A DNA stretch of 64,000 bases. Origin: Octopus sinensis. Taxonomy: Eukaryota. The stretch is from positions 81,902,001 through 81,966,000 of the forward strand of contig NC_043003.1 in the NCBI RefSeq assembly GCF_006345805.1, in the 5' to 3' direction. Under the pieces are notes generated by a model that worked only from the letters and a program-made list of their open reading frames with translations, was not told the origin of the DNA and did not search any database. The position numbers were made by a program, and so were the translations under genes. Numbering within the stretch: position 1 is the stretch's first letter; every line of letters begins with the position of its first letter. This document shows positions 45,417 through 58,000 of the stretch, piece by piece.

Positions 45417-45943
45417 TGTGTGCCTGTTTGTGTGTGTATGCGTGCGTGTGCGCGTTTTTGTGGATGTATGTATATTTATTTTATGTGAAGGATGGTAGAT
45501 GGATGATAAGAGATTTTTAATTCAGCCCTACGATTGTTTCGACTTGTCTAGCATCGATCCCGCGCGAGTGGGATACTGAGCATTTAGTTTAAGTCCATTC
45601 CTCTGTGTAGATGTCTCTCCCCGGGTGGTTTCCAAGAGGCATCTCGTTAAAATAAACCCTGCTTCACAAGATTTATTCTTTGTCTTCGTATGATGGTCTG
45701 GAATTGATCTTTTATTTTTCTCAGTTTAGAACAACAATATTTACTATTTAAGACATTCATTATAATAAATACACAACGAACGTTGAGCCAGTGGTTGTGC
45801 TTTACTGACAAACTACCAAGTGTATATATACGACTAATATATGTGTGATTGTGTGTGTGTGCATACACACGTATACACACATACACTATACACACACATA
45901 CACTATATACACACACTCTCTCTCTCACGCATGCATATATGTA

Positions 45944-46485
45944 TTGGGTTGTCTGGGAAGTTCGTGTCGATTTATAGTAGCTTACATTTCGACTTATTTT
46001 AGAACATGGCTAAGTCTATGAAATAGGATTTGACTACACCTCCATTTAGAGTAGAGTTGAAGCTAACTTTTCGTAAAAGAAGGTTTATGTTCCTATAACT
46101 AGTTGTTAATTTTGTAACCCTTTAAAATGTAAGATAAGAAAGTTCATTTTCAGCACTTGATGCTTTAGGAATCAGACAAAAATTGCTGCAGCTCGGCTGG
46201 GATGTGTTACCCCCACCCTCCATATTCACCAGATATTGCTTCTTCGGATTTCCACTTATTCAGGTCTATGTAGACTAGTCTAAATGATAATAATTTCAAT
46301 TCCTTGGATGACGTAAAACGATACCTTGATGAATTCTTTGCCATGAAACAACCTCAATTCTGGGAAAGATGGAGACCCTTTGTTCAACAAAATGGTTCAT
46401 ATTGGTTGATTAAAAATGTAGTGGCAAGTATTTATTGACCTTTTCTTTCCTGTAAAAGTCGGCATGAACTTTCCGGACAACCCAA
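45944..46485 (+). mobile_element. Internally deleted mariner (542 bp) with intact TIRs and TA target duplication
   Basis: TA|ttgggttgtctgggaagttcgtgtcga ... gtcggcatgaactttccggacaacccaa|TA; retains QKLLQLGWDVLP.PYSPDIASSDFHLFRS. Confidence 0.9.
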
Positions 46486-47139
46486 TATATGTATAATAAT
46501 ATATCATATGCGTCTGTATGTATGAATATGTGCACGCATAGACATGTGTGTACATTCTAATGGTCGTAGTTTAAGTAACGAATTTCTGTTGACTTCATGG
46601 CAACCTTTAAAATTTGGTGACAGCAAAATAGAGTAGTGTTAAATATAAAACTATACTACAAGTGCATATAATCCGAATACAGTTATGGATATACGAGATA
46701 ATCATAGCTTAGCCGTTCTTACTAGGTAGTTATATTGCCTATTTGTTAAACATATTCGGCGTAGATGAACGTGAGTGCTCCCTTTATGGATTTTGATAGT
46801 TGATAATTATTTATCTATTCATAATAGTTAATGCATTGAAGAAGGAAATAATATGATGTTTTTGCAGTATTCAATATACTGATTACATTCCCAATCCCAT
46901 ATTTGCTTTTATCATTACGGTGTCAGTATTGTTTCGAGATCGCTGATAATTATCCATTCCTTTCGAATATTGTTCAATTAAGTCTAGCAACAATCGCAAG
47001 TTCAACTACGCTGATACGTATACACTTTGCGTACCCCTCAGTAATTTTAAGTTTATATTTGTTTGTATTATATTTTTATCTTATTTTCCATCCCTTTTAA
47101 CTACCAATCTGCTTAACCTCCTCTCCATTTCTTCTTTTT

Positions 47140-49140
47140 CTTCATAGTATCTGAGCTAGGTAGGAATCAATCCCTTTTGCTATTATTTATAGGGCACCTA
47201 TGACAACGGGCATTGTTTTAGTCTTCAGGTTCCACATTTTGCCAGAGTCTACTGCAGGATCTTTATACTTGTTCAATTTTTGCTAGCTCTTGACAGATAT
47301 ATTTATGTTGATTAGGACAGTCATATCAATTAGGAGTTATAATATCTGGCCTATTCGCATCTATCTTTCTGTCTGTTTGAATGATGAAATTCCAGAGGAG
47401 TTAGATGTGATAATTTTCAAGAACTGGAGGTGGTTTGTGTTCCCACCAGTTTTTATCATAGGGCAAGTCCACTGAATATATTGTGCTGCTCTATGATGCC
47501 TGTTGAGACACTGTGGGTGCACGAAGACTGCATATGGAGACAACATGATCAACGCTTCCATTTTGTTGTTGATATACACGATATGTTGGGCTACTGCCGT
47601 TATATAATATGTTGGCCTGGTAGTTCCTTGTATGTAGGCATTGATCTTGGGCTACTATGATAAACCCTTCTGTTTCTGATTTTAAATCACAAGACACTAA
47701 CCATTGATGCAAAAGGTTTTTTCACAACATCGGCACTATTAGCTCTTTTTCGGTATTTGCTATTGAGAGGATTTTCTTGCCATTTATTAGTAAGAAGGTC
47801 TAAGGCATCAGTTTCAGCACCGGGATTTCATGTGTTTAACTTTTTCTGCGCTAGGTTCTAGTACGTCTAATTCTGGAATTTGTTGTTTTTAGAATTTACC
47901 TGTTTTGTTACTGAGTATGATGCTTTCTTGTTTCATGGTTTGAGACAAGTTTTAACATTCAATCATCAGAGTACTTAAGGTAGGTGTTTAGGCCAATTGC
48001 CGTAATCTTTATTGTTAATCCTGGTTGCAAAGACCTCGGCCACCTTCTTTTCTTGGGCAGGTTAAGTCGTTCTATATCTGCCTTAGGGTGGTGCATTTTA
48101 TGGATTGTCAACAATTTTTGTATTTTTCTGCCAAAATTACATATTTCAGTAATTGACCAGTTAATGAAATTTAAACTGTAAATCACGACTGGTATGGCTA
48201 AAGTATTGATCGCGTCGATCCTGTTTCTTGCATTCAGCTCTGTCTTGAGTATTGCCCTTACACTGTGATAACATTCTCTTCTGATCCTTTCCCTCATCAC
48301 TGAATGTTTGATTCTGTCCCCTTCAAATACCCCTAGATATGTGTAGCTCTCCGCTGTTTCTAACTCCTTTGTGACATTCTGCTGATCAAGATTAACGATA
48401 GATGTTTGTATCATTTTTCCTTTAACAAAGGCATCTTTTGCACATTTATCGAGGCCAAATTGCATCCTGATGTCATCACTGAATTATTTAACAATCGCTA
48501 GTAAGCGCTGTAGTTGTTGGTCATTTTTTGCAAAGCGCTTTAAATCCTCCATGTAAATGAGATGATTTATGTTTTGATCAAACATTTTATAGTCGCATTG
48601 TACATCAACGAGAAATTCCGAGAGAGGTATTAAGGCTAGACAAAAAGGGAGTGGTGATAGAAACTCATGTTGGAAAATGCCACATGAAATTCTTATATCT
48701 CCAGCATTAAGAGACTCATTGTCAGTGTGGCTCTACTTGATCTCATACTTACAGACAAGACGTATTGCAGAGTAGGTGCTATTTTATACATTTCCAGACA
48801 TTTCTTAATCCAGCTATGTGGTAGACGATCCAGAGCTTTTTTTATAGTCTATCCAGATTATCGACAATTTTTTATATTGTTTGTGACAATCTTCCAAGAT
48901 CACCTTATTGATGAGTAGCTTATCTGTACAACCATAGGACTCACGTTTACATCATTGTTACTCATTAGGAAATATGCGACTTTCTATTAAAAAACTATAG
49001 GTATATTCAATCAAGACAGATGTTAGCATTTTATACATTGTTGTTAAGCAGGTTATGGGGCTATAATTTTTTTGTTCATTTGTTTCTTCATTTTATGGAA
49101 GTAGGAATGTTACACCATTAATTACCCAAGAGGGAAGCAT
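47140..49140 (-). mobile_element. Decayed Dong/R4 LINE, subfamily B (RT through RLE)
   Basis: Reverse-strand remnants: NYSPITCL, WIDYKKALD, HLIYMEDLK, MQFGLDKCAK, SETEGFIIVAQDQ, KYKD...MWNLKTKT; many stops and frameshifts. Confidence 0.85.
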
Positions 49141-51495
49141 AATTTATTGTTTCTTTTCCATCTCTACATATTCTACAGTTACTTGTATTTCTCTTCATCA
49201 CATGTTTTGCTAATTTCTTTGATACTGTGCTGCAATTAAAATTTCTTCAGTCTCTGTTTTGAGTCTTGAGTTTCTTAGCTATTGGTGGGACTTTGCTTTG
49301 TCTATTTCTATTTCTGTTTAGTTTAATCCAGTATTTGCCACGAAGGAGCTTTTCTTGCCATCGTTTTATCATGAGCCGTGGTTTTTCCGGTTTTGTTAGG
49401 TTGTTCCGAAAATAATGGCCGAAAATAATGGCCGATTTCAGAATCATAATTTTATTCTGTAAAAATTAACAATAGAAATGTTTTGATTTGTCAAAATATG
49501 AGTCATGAACATCTATGCATCTCTGCCATCGATCAACAAGATTATTTATGGCTCGTTGATAAAAAAAATATTGGCTTTTTTGCTAAGAAGTCTTTGAAAG
49601 CTGATTCCACCTCTGGTTTAGATCTAAAGGTTTTATCAATTAAAATGTATATAAATGCTTTAAAAATTACATTCAGTGAATGAAGGATTGGGAGAATATG
49701 GAGGATGTGGTAAAGTTCCCAAGTCTGTGAGTTTCTGGAGCGTCATTCGTGCTACATGTGGCTTTGCATTATCGTGGAGCAGAATTGAGCCGCGTCGATT
49801 CACCAATGCAGGTCTCATTTTTTGCAAATATGCATACATTTCAGCGAGGCGAATGCAGTAAACCTCTGCTGTAACACTCTGATTGGCTTCCAGAAAGCTG
49901 TAATGAACATGTCACCATAATCTTTTGCTGATGCAACTTTGCCTTTGGGAAATATTTAGGCTATCATAAAGTATCCACTTTTCGTCGTAAGTGACTATGC
50001 GGTCAAGAAAGGATCATTGGTGTTTCGCAGAAAGTACACTTCAAAACGCCGAACTTTTTGGTTTTCCTTGAGCTCATACGATACCCATTTATCGAGCTTT
50101 TTTCACCTCACCAATATTCGGCAGATTGCGTGAGACTGTTGCAATACCGACACCAAGTGCCTGAGACTTGTTTCTGACACTTTAACGTGGGTTTTGTTCA
50201 ACAATTGCTTTCAACTTTTCATTGTCAAAACTTCATGACCGTTCTCTATCTTCTTCATCTTCATGGCTTTCATCACCACTACGGAATTTCTGAAACCACC
50301 TTCGTACTGTGCGATAACTTGCGAACCTCTCTCCTCATGCTTTGTTGATATTGGCAGCAGTTTGGGACGCATTTTGCCCAAGTTGGAACCCCTGCAAGAA
50401 AATTAAGTGAAGGTCCATTTTTTTTGTCATGTCCATAATTAAAGGCTTCTATGCTTCAAAAATTGTTTCTGATTGAAATAAGTACAAAATTATTAAAGAT
50501 CATACATCGATTGTTAAGTATGTCGAAATTCACCTAAAATATAATTAAAATACTTAATAGTTTGGATTTCAGTTGTTTGACAGTTTTCTTGTTTCTTGTT
50601 TTTCTTCATAATCGTTAGGTACTATGCCTTTTTTGTATTTGTCAGCTTCCTTAAGGACTGAAAACAATTTCTTTTCTTTTGTTCGTGTTTTGCGGCTATT
50701 TGTATTAGTTTTTCTTGCTTCTGAAGTAGGTACTTCTGTAGTCCTTTGGTGGCTATTTTGTAACAGTGTTCTAGCTGTATAAGGCCTCTACCACCTTTGA
50801 TACGTTGTATATATAATCTTTCTATGTCAGATTTAGGGTGGTACATCCCAAGTCCTGTCATTAATTTTCTTGGTTCCCTCTCTATTTTCATTAGTTCATT
50901 TAGAGTTAAGAATTTTGTAGTTGTAACTTATAACTGGGACAGTTCATACCTATTATCTTGTTTTTCGCAATTAGCTCTGTTTTCTGTATTAATCTAACTC
51001 ATTTATAGTATTCCTTTCTTATCTTCTCATTCATTTGTGGGTGTTGCATTGTATCTAGTTCATTGATTCCAAAGTATGTTTGTATGTCTGGCTTTGGTAT
51101 AATTTTCTTATTTCATTTGCTTTATCTAGTGAGATTTTGCTAAACGAAACTAGTTTTCTTCATTTCAAGGTTGCTTTGATACGTTTTTCTAAGTCATGAT
51201 TATTTCTTTGGTAAATCCACGTACTGTCTGTAGTAATATTTCTAACTGTTTATCATTTATAGCGTTACAGTTTTAGATCATCCATATATAAGAGGTGGCT
51301 GATTGTTTTGCAGTTATGTCCATATCCAGTTCTCTTTAGCATGTCAGATAAAGGCGTTAGTGCCAGCCAGAAAAGGAGTGGAGAGAGCGTGTCTCTCTGG
51401 AATATTCCTCTTCTAATGGGGATAGCTTTGGTTTTTATGAGTCTCTCTGTCGTCTGGAGTTGTAGCACTGTCTTCGATTTATTCATGGAGTGTTC
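49141..51495 (-). mobile_element. Truncated Dong subfamily A copy interrupted by a mariner (49396-50557)
   Basis: 51495-50558 matches 15617-16600 of the full element (EHSMNK...RRGIFQRDTLSP...YMDDLKL...MYHPKSDIERLY). 49395-49141 resumes at the matching next position (MIKRWQEK...CRICRDGKETIN). Confidence 0.85.
49396..50557 (-). mobile_element. Mariner (DD34D) inserted into a Dong LINE
   Basis: WVSYEL, DPFLDRIVTYDEKW, LLHDNAKPH and HPPYSP. Left TIR ttaggttgttccgaaaataatggccg is Hsmar1-like; TA flanks the right end and TG the left. The right TIR is mostly lost. Confidence 0.85.
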
Positions 51496-51510
51496 GTTAT
51501 TATTCTTATT

Positions 51511-52065
51511 GAGTGAAAGAGCAGTGCATGCCATCAAAGTGACACTGGGGTAAAATATACGAAGCCCAGTATACCCATCATGATTACCCTTCGGACAGGT
51601 TACACTAGGCACATGCATCACAACCATATGTGCGTGACATGGTGATCTCATATCAAGATAAACAGCACATGACCTTGCAGGTGGGGCCCAGTTTGAATTT
51701 TTGTTCTGGTCGAGTAACGCAACCCGCTCAAAAGGTCCCTGAATAAGGGTTGTTTAAGGATGTTGAACGAAACACCCATGTTTCCAGAGGTGAAATATTC
51801 AAGCCCCAAAGAATCCCTCTTAGTACATGGCTGTGATGCCCCCCCACTACATCTGCTCGTGATCAGAGATGAACATATCGTCAGCAAGTAAGGGACATGC
51901 TCAGCTGGTTACGGTCAAACAACAGGCAATCAAATATGTGGTATTGAGCAGAATATTTGCTGTAGCCCATCTTTTATACTAAGATAAAACAATGTACATG
52001 ATAACACTTCCAATCAGTTAAAATCAGAAGCCACGAGCGCCACTGCCTGGTACTGCACCAGGGCA
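51511..52065 (-). mobile_element. 555-bp non-coding interspersed element embedded in (TAA)n, copy 2
   Basis: Reverse complement of 17678-18232; same length and ends. Confidence 0.8.
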
Positions 52066-52093
52066 ATTATTATTATTATTATTATTGATATTA

Positions 52094-52156
<63 letters not shown>

Positions 52157-52294
52157 TTATTATTATTCAGTAGTTTTATTTTTATAGCGTGCTTTCACTT
52201 CACTACCGAGCGCAGCTCTGTGTGCCTTGGGTATGTGCTGTGATGCTCTGATGGTTATTGTATGGAAAGTGTTCTGCGTAGGATGTGTTATTTG

Positions 52295-52365
<71 letters not shown>

Positions 52366-52500
52366 CATTGTTATTATTATTATTATTACTACTACTACTA
52401 CTACTGTCATCATCATCATCATCGTTACTATTATTACTATTGTTGTTGCTATCATTGTCATTATTATTATTATTGTTATTGTTTTTGTTGTTTTTGTTGA
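52066..52500. repeat. (ATT)n tracts plus compound (ACT)/(ATC)/(GTT) repeats around the Dong tail
   Basis: Read directly from the sequence. Confidence 0.95.
52168..52287 (-). mobile_element. 120-bp 3' tail of Dong subfamily A, flanked by (TAA)n
   Basis: Reverse complement of about 17370-17500 with a 10-bp internal deletion; (ATT)n on both sides. Confidence 0.9.
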
Positions 52501-52792
52501 AGTTTTTTTTATCATCGTCTTTATTGATGTTAGTAATGTTGTGATTGATGCTGATAATGAGATTGGCTTTGTTGTTTTGTTATATTTATGGCCGATGGTG
52601 ATCTACACCGTTTTTTCTTCGACATTTTCAAGTGCAGTATAAATTTTTCAATCGTTAATTTCTTAAATGAATCAAAGTTGTAGATTGACATGCTTGAACT
52701 GTGCTGTCAATCAAATGTGTAAACCTAGTAAAACTAAAGTGTTTCTGTGAAATGGCAGTTGAAATAAATCTGTGTTGTTTTTGTGTTTCCAG

Positions 52793-52862
52793 TTGTCTGA
52801 TCAAAGAAATAAAGCTCTGACACCGATCATAGAAAGTATGAAAAATGTACATGAGCATAGAG
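52793..52862 (+). CDS. CA10-like: Third visible exon of the carbonic anhydrase-related protein
   Basis: Acceptor tgtgttgtttttgtgtttccag| and donor GAG|gtaagt; 70 nt, phase 0-1. Translates LSDQRNKALTPIIESMKNVHEHR+G, resembling CA10 VSDSSNPFLNRML..TITRITYK in position and approximate length. Similarity is weaker than for the other two exons. Confidence 0.75.
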
Positions 52863-54794
52863 GTAAGTAGATGAATATGTATATATTCTTTATTGTCTTG
52901 TATAACTGAATGATGTTACAGTAAGAATATGTATACTACATGTGTGTGTGAGTATGTGTGTATAGTTTAGAACAAAGCTGTTTATTGTGAAACAATATAC
53001 TCCACTATAAACACTCACACATAATTCCAACTGAAGTTCTTGAAAGAGTGTTGTTCTGAAGAAAATGATGTATTGGATTGCAAGATATAGATGTAAATAT
53101 TATAAGAACAAATAAACTAATAATCAATAACTTTATACTCGATGCCTTCATTTAGCTTTGGTCAGTGAAGTGTTATTATAAACACTGACCTTAATAGTTC
53201 TTCCATTAACATCAAGAATAGTACAAACAAGCTGTTGGAAAAATAGTGATTATATTCTTTTATTTATAATATTTACACACAACCAAATTGATACAATATC
53301 AAGAATGAAACTGGTGATAACCAATATAAACATTAGTTTCCAAAAATAAAAATAAAAAGCACAAGAGACCAAGTGAGGTTATCTGGATACTTCTGCCGTA
53401 GATTGGTTATTTTAATTAAACTCCAGAGAGTTAATTTCTTATAACAAACAACACTTATTTGAAATGACACCTTAAGCTGTACCATGATTAAAAATTATAG
53501 TTTTATATACAATTCTGTTAAGAACTGGAAAGTAATTATAATCATAGCCTTTTCATAAAAGGATGAAAATTAAGGGCATCCCTCTTATAATAAAGCATAT
53601 ATATACGATGGGGAAAGAACATATCCGCTATCCAGCTTAATGGTTATTGCAATATATCAATCATATAATATTTTGTTATATATGAGATCGGTACCATTAT
53701 CCACCTTCTTTACGTCTATAGATCTACAGTTTTATTTAGTATTTGTATGTATATGTGTGTTCATACTCATACCGAAGAATTGTACCGAAAGAAATGCAGA
53801 AGTTGGCTTACTACATTTCATTAACTGTACATGTTGGCTGGGCATCTCTTCCTTTATACAAAGATACTAGCACCGCATTGAACGGAACTCGCGAATTTGC
53901 TTTGAAATAGTTCACGTATGCACTTACACTACCTATGTGTCATCAAATCATTGTATATGAATACTCTTCTTCATTAGACAGAAAAAGGAGGAAGACGGAG
54001 CGCTCAAAATCCAGAGTGCACGATGGAGGGGAGAGGTGACATGCCCAATTTATCAGTATCTCATTTTGTTGCCATCGTTTTATGTATTATATCTCATAAC
54101 AAACATTATGTAGGTCGTTTTCAGTTTCCTGTCCGATCTCGTCTTCTGAATAGATTCTCTGACACGTTTGAGTGGCTAATGCACCACTCGTTATTCTCAG
54201 TACAGCCACGTTCCAGGAACCCAAAGAGAATGAGGTATTATCATCTCCCTAAACAAATTACTATGACGTGAATTGCCGATTACTAGTTATTGAACTAAAT
54301 GGGCTACGGAAAAGAGACTTATTTTCTGCACATTGTCTAAAAAAGTTTCCATTGGCTTCAAAAACTTATAACAGATCAGAGCATATTTCTACGACCCTCT
54401 TGGCAGACGTAGCCAATATTACATACTTTCTGATGAAAAGGTTTTCAGCTATCTTCTGTAATGCACTGTCTCTGTTGTGTAGCAAACTCAACTTCTGTGA
54501 TTCGTCCCCTTACGCTAATCAAATTCTCCACTCATGATTCGTGAGCCTGCTTGTCGAAGCTCCAAACATCTCTCCATCACCAACTACTTTATGCACTGGA
54601 TTTGGCCCTTGCGTATTTGTTATTACTCACAAAGTTGAGAACTATTATGAGAGGTCGCCAATTTCATACGATTGAAATGTATGGAGAATGTTTGTTATGA
54701 GAAATTCACACTACATACAAAATCGTGTTCCTAACACGCAACACAACTACAAAAGCGCTGGTAGCAGTATGTATGTATATATACTTGTATGTAT

Positions 54795-55005
54795 GTCATT
54801 ATTCAGTTTTATTTCAAGATTTCTTGCCAATAGAGAAAAAGCCGGTTTCTAACCTAGATCCGAAGTTCCTTCACGGGAATTTAAAACATTAAAAAGTATG
54901 TTTGTATGCATGTTCCAGTGATTACTTGAATTTCTAGCCTTCGTATCAGCTTTCTCCTTTCTGGGTTTGAGAAGCCTAATTTTTCAAGATTGGTATTCAC
55001 GAAGC
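54795..55005 (-). mobile_element. 3'-terminal fragment of the same (TACA)n-associated LINE family
   Basis: gtcattattcag...agatttcttgccaa...cctagatcc and gagaagcctaattt...tggtatt are shared with 36814-37140; (TATG)n on both sides. Confidence 0.65.
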
Positions 55006-58000
55006 GTGTATGTATGTATGCATGTATATAGATAATAGAGAGAGAGAGGGGGGAAAGAGATATGCGTGTGTGAAATATGCATATATATATTTATAACAGC
55101 TGACATTGTAATCATCCATTGTAGACATTGCTTATTCTATGATGCAATATTGCCTTTAATTTTTTTTCATTTCTATTTAACATGGGTTATGAGAAAATTA
55201 CTTGTGCGAGATGCCAGTTAACATTTTCATCTTCTGTTTGACGAAAAATTGTATATCATTGCATGTCTTCTCTTTATATTTGTTCTTATTGGAAAATATG
55301 AAATTTAAAACTTAGCCCTCAAAGTTATTGTGTCAATAATGATTAATATGTTATAGAAACAACTTATAACCTATTTGGAGATTGTAATAGTTGTATTATT
55401 TATGTGATACTACGTTGAACAATGTTATGTCTACTGTGCGAAATCTGCATCGTAGTTTTGGTTACTCGTTTCAAACCAGTTATCTTACCTATATATTTGG
55501 TACATTTCTACCTGCCGAAAATCTTATACCTAATGTCAAGCTGTTTATCATCCGCCCCCGTTCTCTCTCTCTCTCACACACTCTTATTACCAATAGTTCT
55601 CGTATTTTTATAAAAATACTACTCCACGCCATCTCATATTTTTCTTAAAAATCGTTGAAAAATCAAGCGTAAAATTGTCTACAGCAAAAATTGAAATTAG
55701 AACATAGTGGGATATAACTGAAACACATAATACCATTCATATTGTCCCCCTTCTTTGCACTTTTATGTGTTTATATTCACGTATGCATAATTATTAAATT
55801 ATTAATCACACAAACACGTTGATTTCAATATAATTTTATTGGTACATCTCGTAATAACATTCTGGTAATAAAAATTGTTAATTTCAAAGATTTATAACAC
55901 GCAATGAGATTACGTATTTAGTGAAAATCATAAGTAGGTTTGTATTATGCGGTACATTTAATTAAGTGTATTTGATGCCAGATTGATAATGACTCCTACC
56001 AACTTATAATTAATACGATTAATAGTTTTCAAATTTTAATTGTTTGTTGCCTGTATATGTGAATAGTGAGCTACAGCGGCTGGAAATGAGAATAGAAAGC
56101 AGTCACATACACCAATGTATCCTAAAAGTGTGTGGATATTTCCAATAATGCTTCTTCAATAATGCTATTTCCAATAATGCTTCTCGGAAAGTCGGCGTGT
56201 GCCGTAGTGTTGCAAAAACCCAAAATTTTGAAGGACTCGGTTGATAACTGATGATTGGAATATTGCAATGCAAGACTGTAATATACCAAACATATATAAA
56301 ACACTTACATATATGCACCGCACATGGTACAGAATCACAACGCGGGTTTGAGTATATTTTTGCTATACTATTTATGTGCGTAAAAACGAGGAGGATTTTT
56401 GAAACCGATGACGTTGTTGAGATGCTGTTTAATCAGATAATATGCTACTCCAAAAACAATTTTCTTTTAATTTACCGATCCTAGGAAAACGAAATTTTAT
56501 GTTGTCTACAGCAAAATTTGTAATCAATATGTTGCAGTAAGTTTCTCACAAATGCAATATTTTCAAGTAAGCTATTTATTGTTTCCTCTATGTCTACTAC
56601 ATTATTATATGTGCATTGTAACACATTAAAGAAAATCGACTGATAAACATCTGAGTTCTTTTTTTATTATTCGCATCAATAAGTTTATTGTATTATAATA
56701 TTGTTGCTGTTGCTCATGATTTCATCCTAGAAATAAAAACTGATGAATTCAAAGATTTACAGGTGATGATCAATAAATATACATGGCATGGAAGTTGATT
56801 AAAATGATAAGTAAATTATATTTATGTACTTTTAATCAAGCATATTGAGTACTAGATTTGTAATGTTTACGCCATCTAAATTTAATAAGAATTTTGAAAC
56901 TTCTAAGCATAAATTTCAGTTACATTATGTACGCTATAACACAATCTTTAATGAATGCAAATATTACGTGTGTCTCGTAGTAATCAGGTTTGGAATAATT
57001 TAGTTAACACATTTTAGTCGAGTATCGTTTAAAAATTAAAAACGAAAATACATTATTTATTATTTTGCAATTATTTGACTTTAAAATGTTTCAACAAAAA
57101 AACACATAAAGTATCAAAATTGAGAATCAGTATACAAAGAAACTAAACAAATATATTGTTAGTAAGATATAAATTGAATAAAAGGAATAAAATTAACAAA
57201 TATGCAACAAAATAGTTTATTTTACAAATTAAATGCGAAAGCTAAAATATTATACTTTAATTATATTTGAACAGTTCAACGAGAAACATTAGTCTTTTCT
57301 AGATTTCATGACACGTCATATAAAATATTAAATTTCTCTTCGTATCGATCGATAATTTTACCTCCAATCAATAGTTTACAAGAAATTATTTTTATATATC
57401 AATGCCGGTGAGACTAAACAAAAAAACTGGTATATACGCTTCGGGAAGGATTGTGCATTTGTTATGATAGTTTTTTTGTAAAATCATCTTACCTGCTTTC
57501 ATTGTCTATCTCAGACATATTTTTCTTAATTTTATCATGTTATATTGTTGAGACACACCAATACATTATATATATTTTGTTAACTCACTACAGTTGAAAT
57601 ATAAATATCTATATTTTTGATTAACGGAAATGCATTCTACTGATTGTAATTATATGCAAAAATATATCAAAATTTTCTTAGATGTACGTGTAATTCTATA
57701 CAGTTTTATTTGTTTACCGTTAGTTTTCTCTGAATTGACTTAGTTCAGCACATGGAAGGATAAGTGTAGTCGTTGTAAATTAATTTCTACACAGAGTTTA
57801 TTAACCTTGCTGGGATAAATATATATTTAATCAACCCCACTGAAGTTTCAAGTTAGTATTTAGGAAACTGGACTAGGACAACTTATACATTCAGTCCGAA
57901 TATCAAGTGTACAAAGCAAAGTTTTATCGCATGTGTTATCGTATATTTTATAATTATAAGGATCATTTATTTACTCTGTACATGTTGCATCTATTTCACC

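Noticed and set aside
45525-45570. Minus-strand gac-aa-gtc-GAAAC motif
   Set aside because: Lacks the CUGANGA core and stem I.
54050-54600. Possible decayed RTE RT on the minus strand (ILFG..TW)
   Set aside because: Too few motifs to support a call without a profile search.
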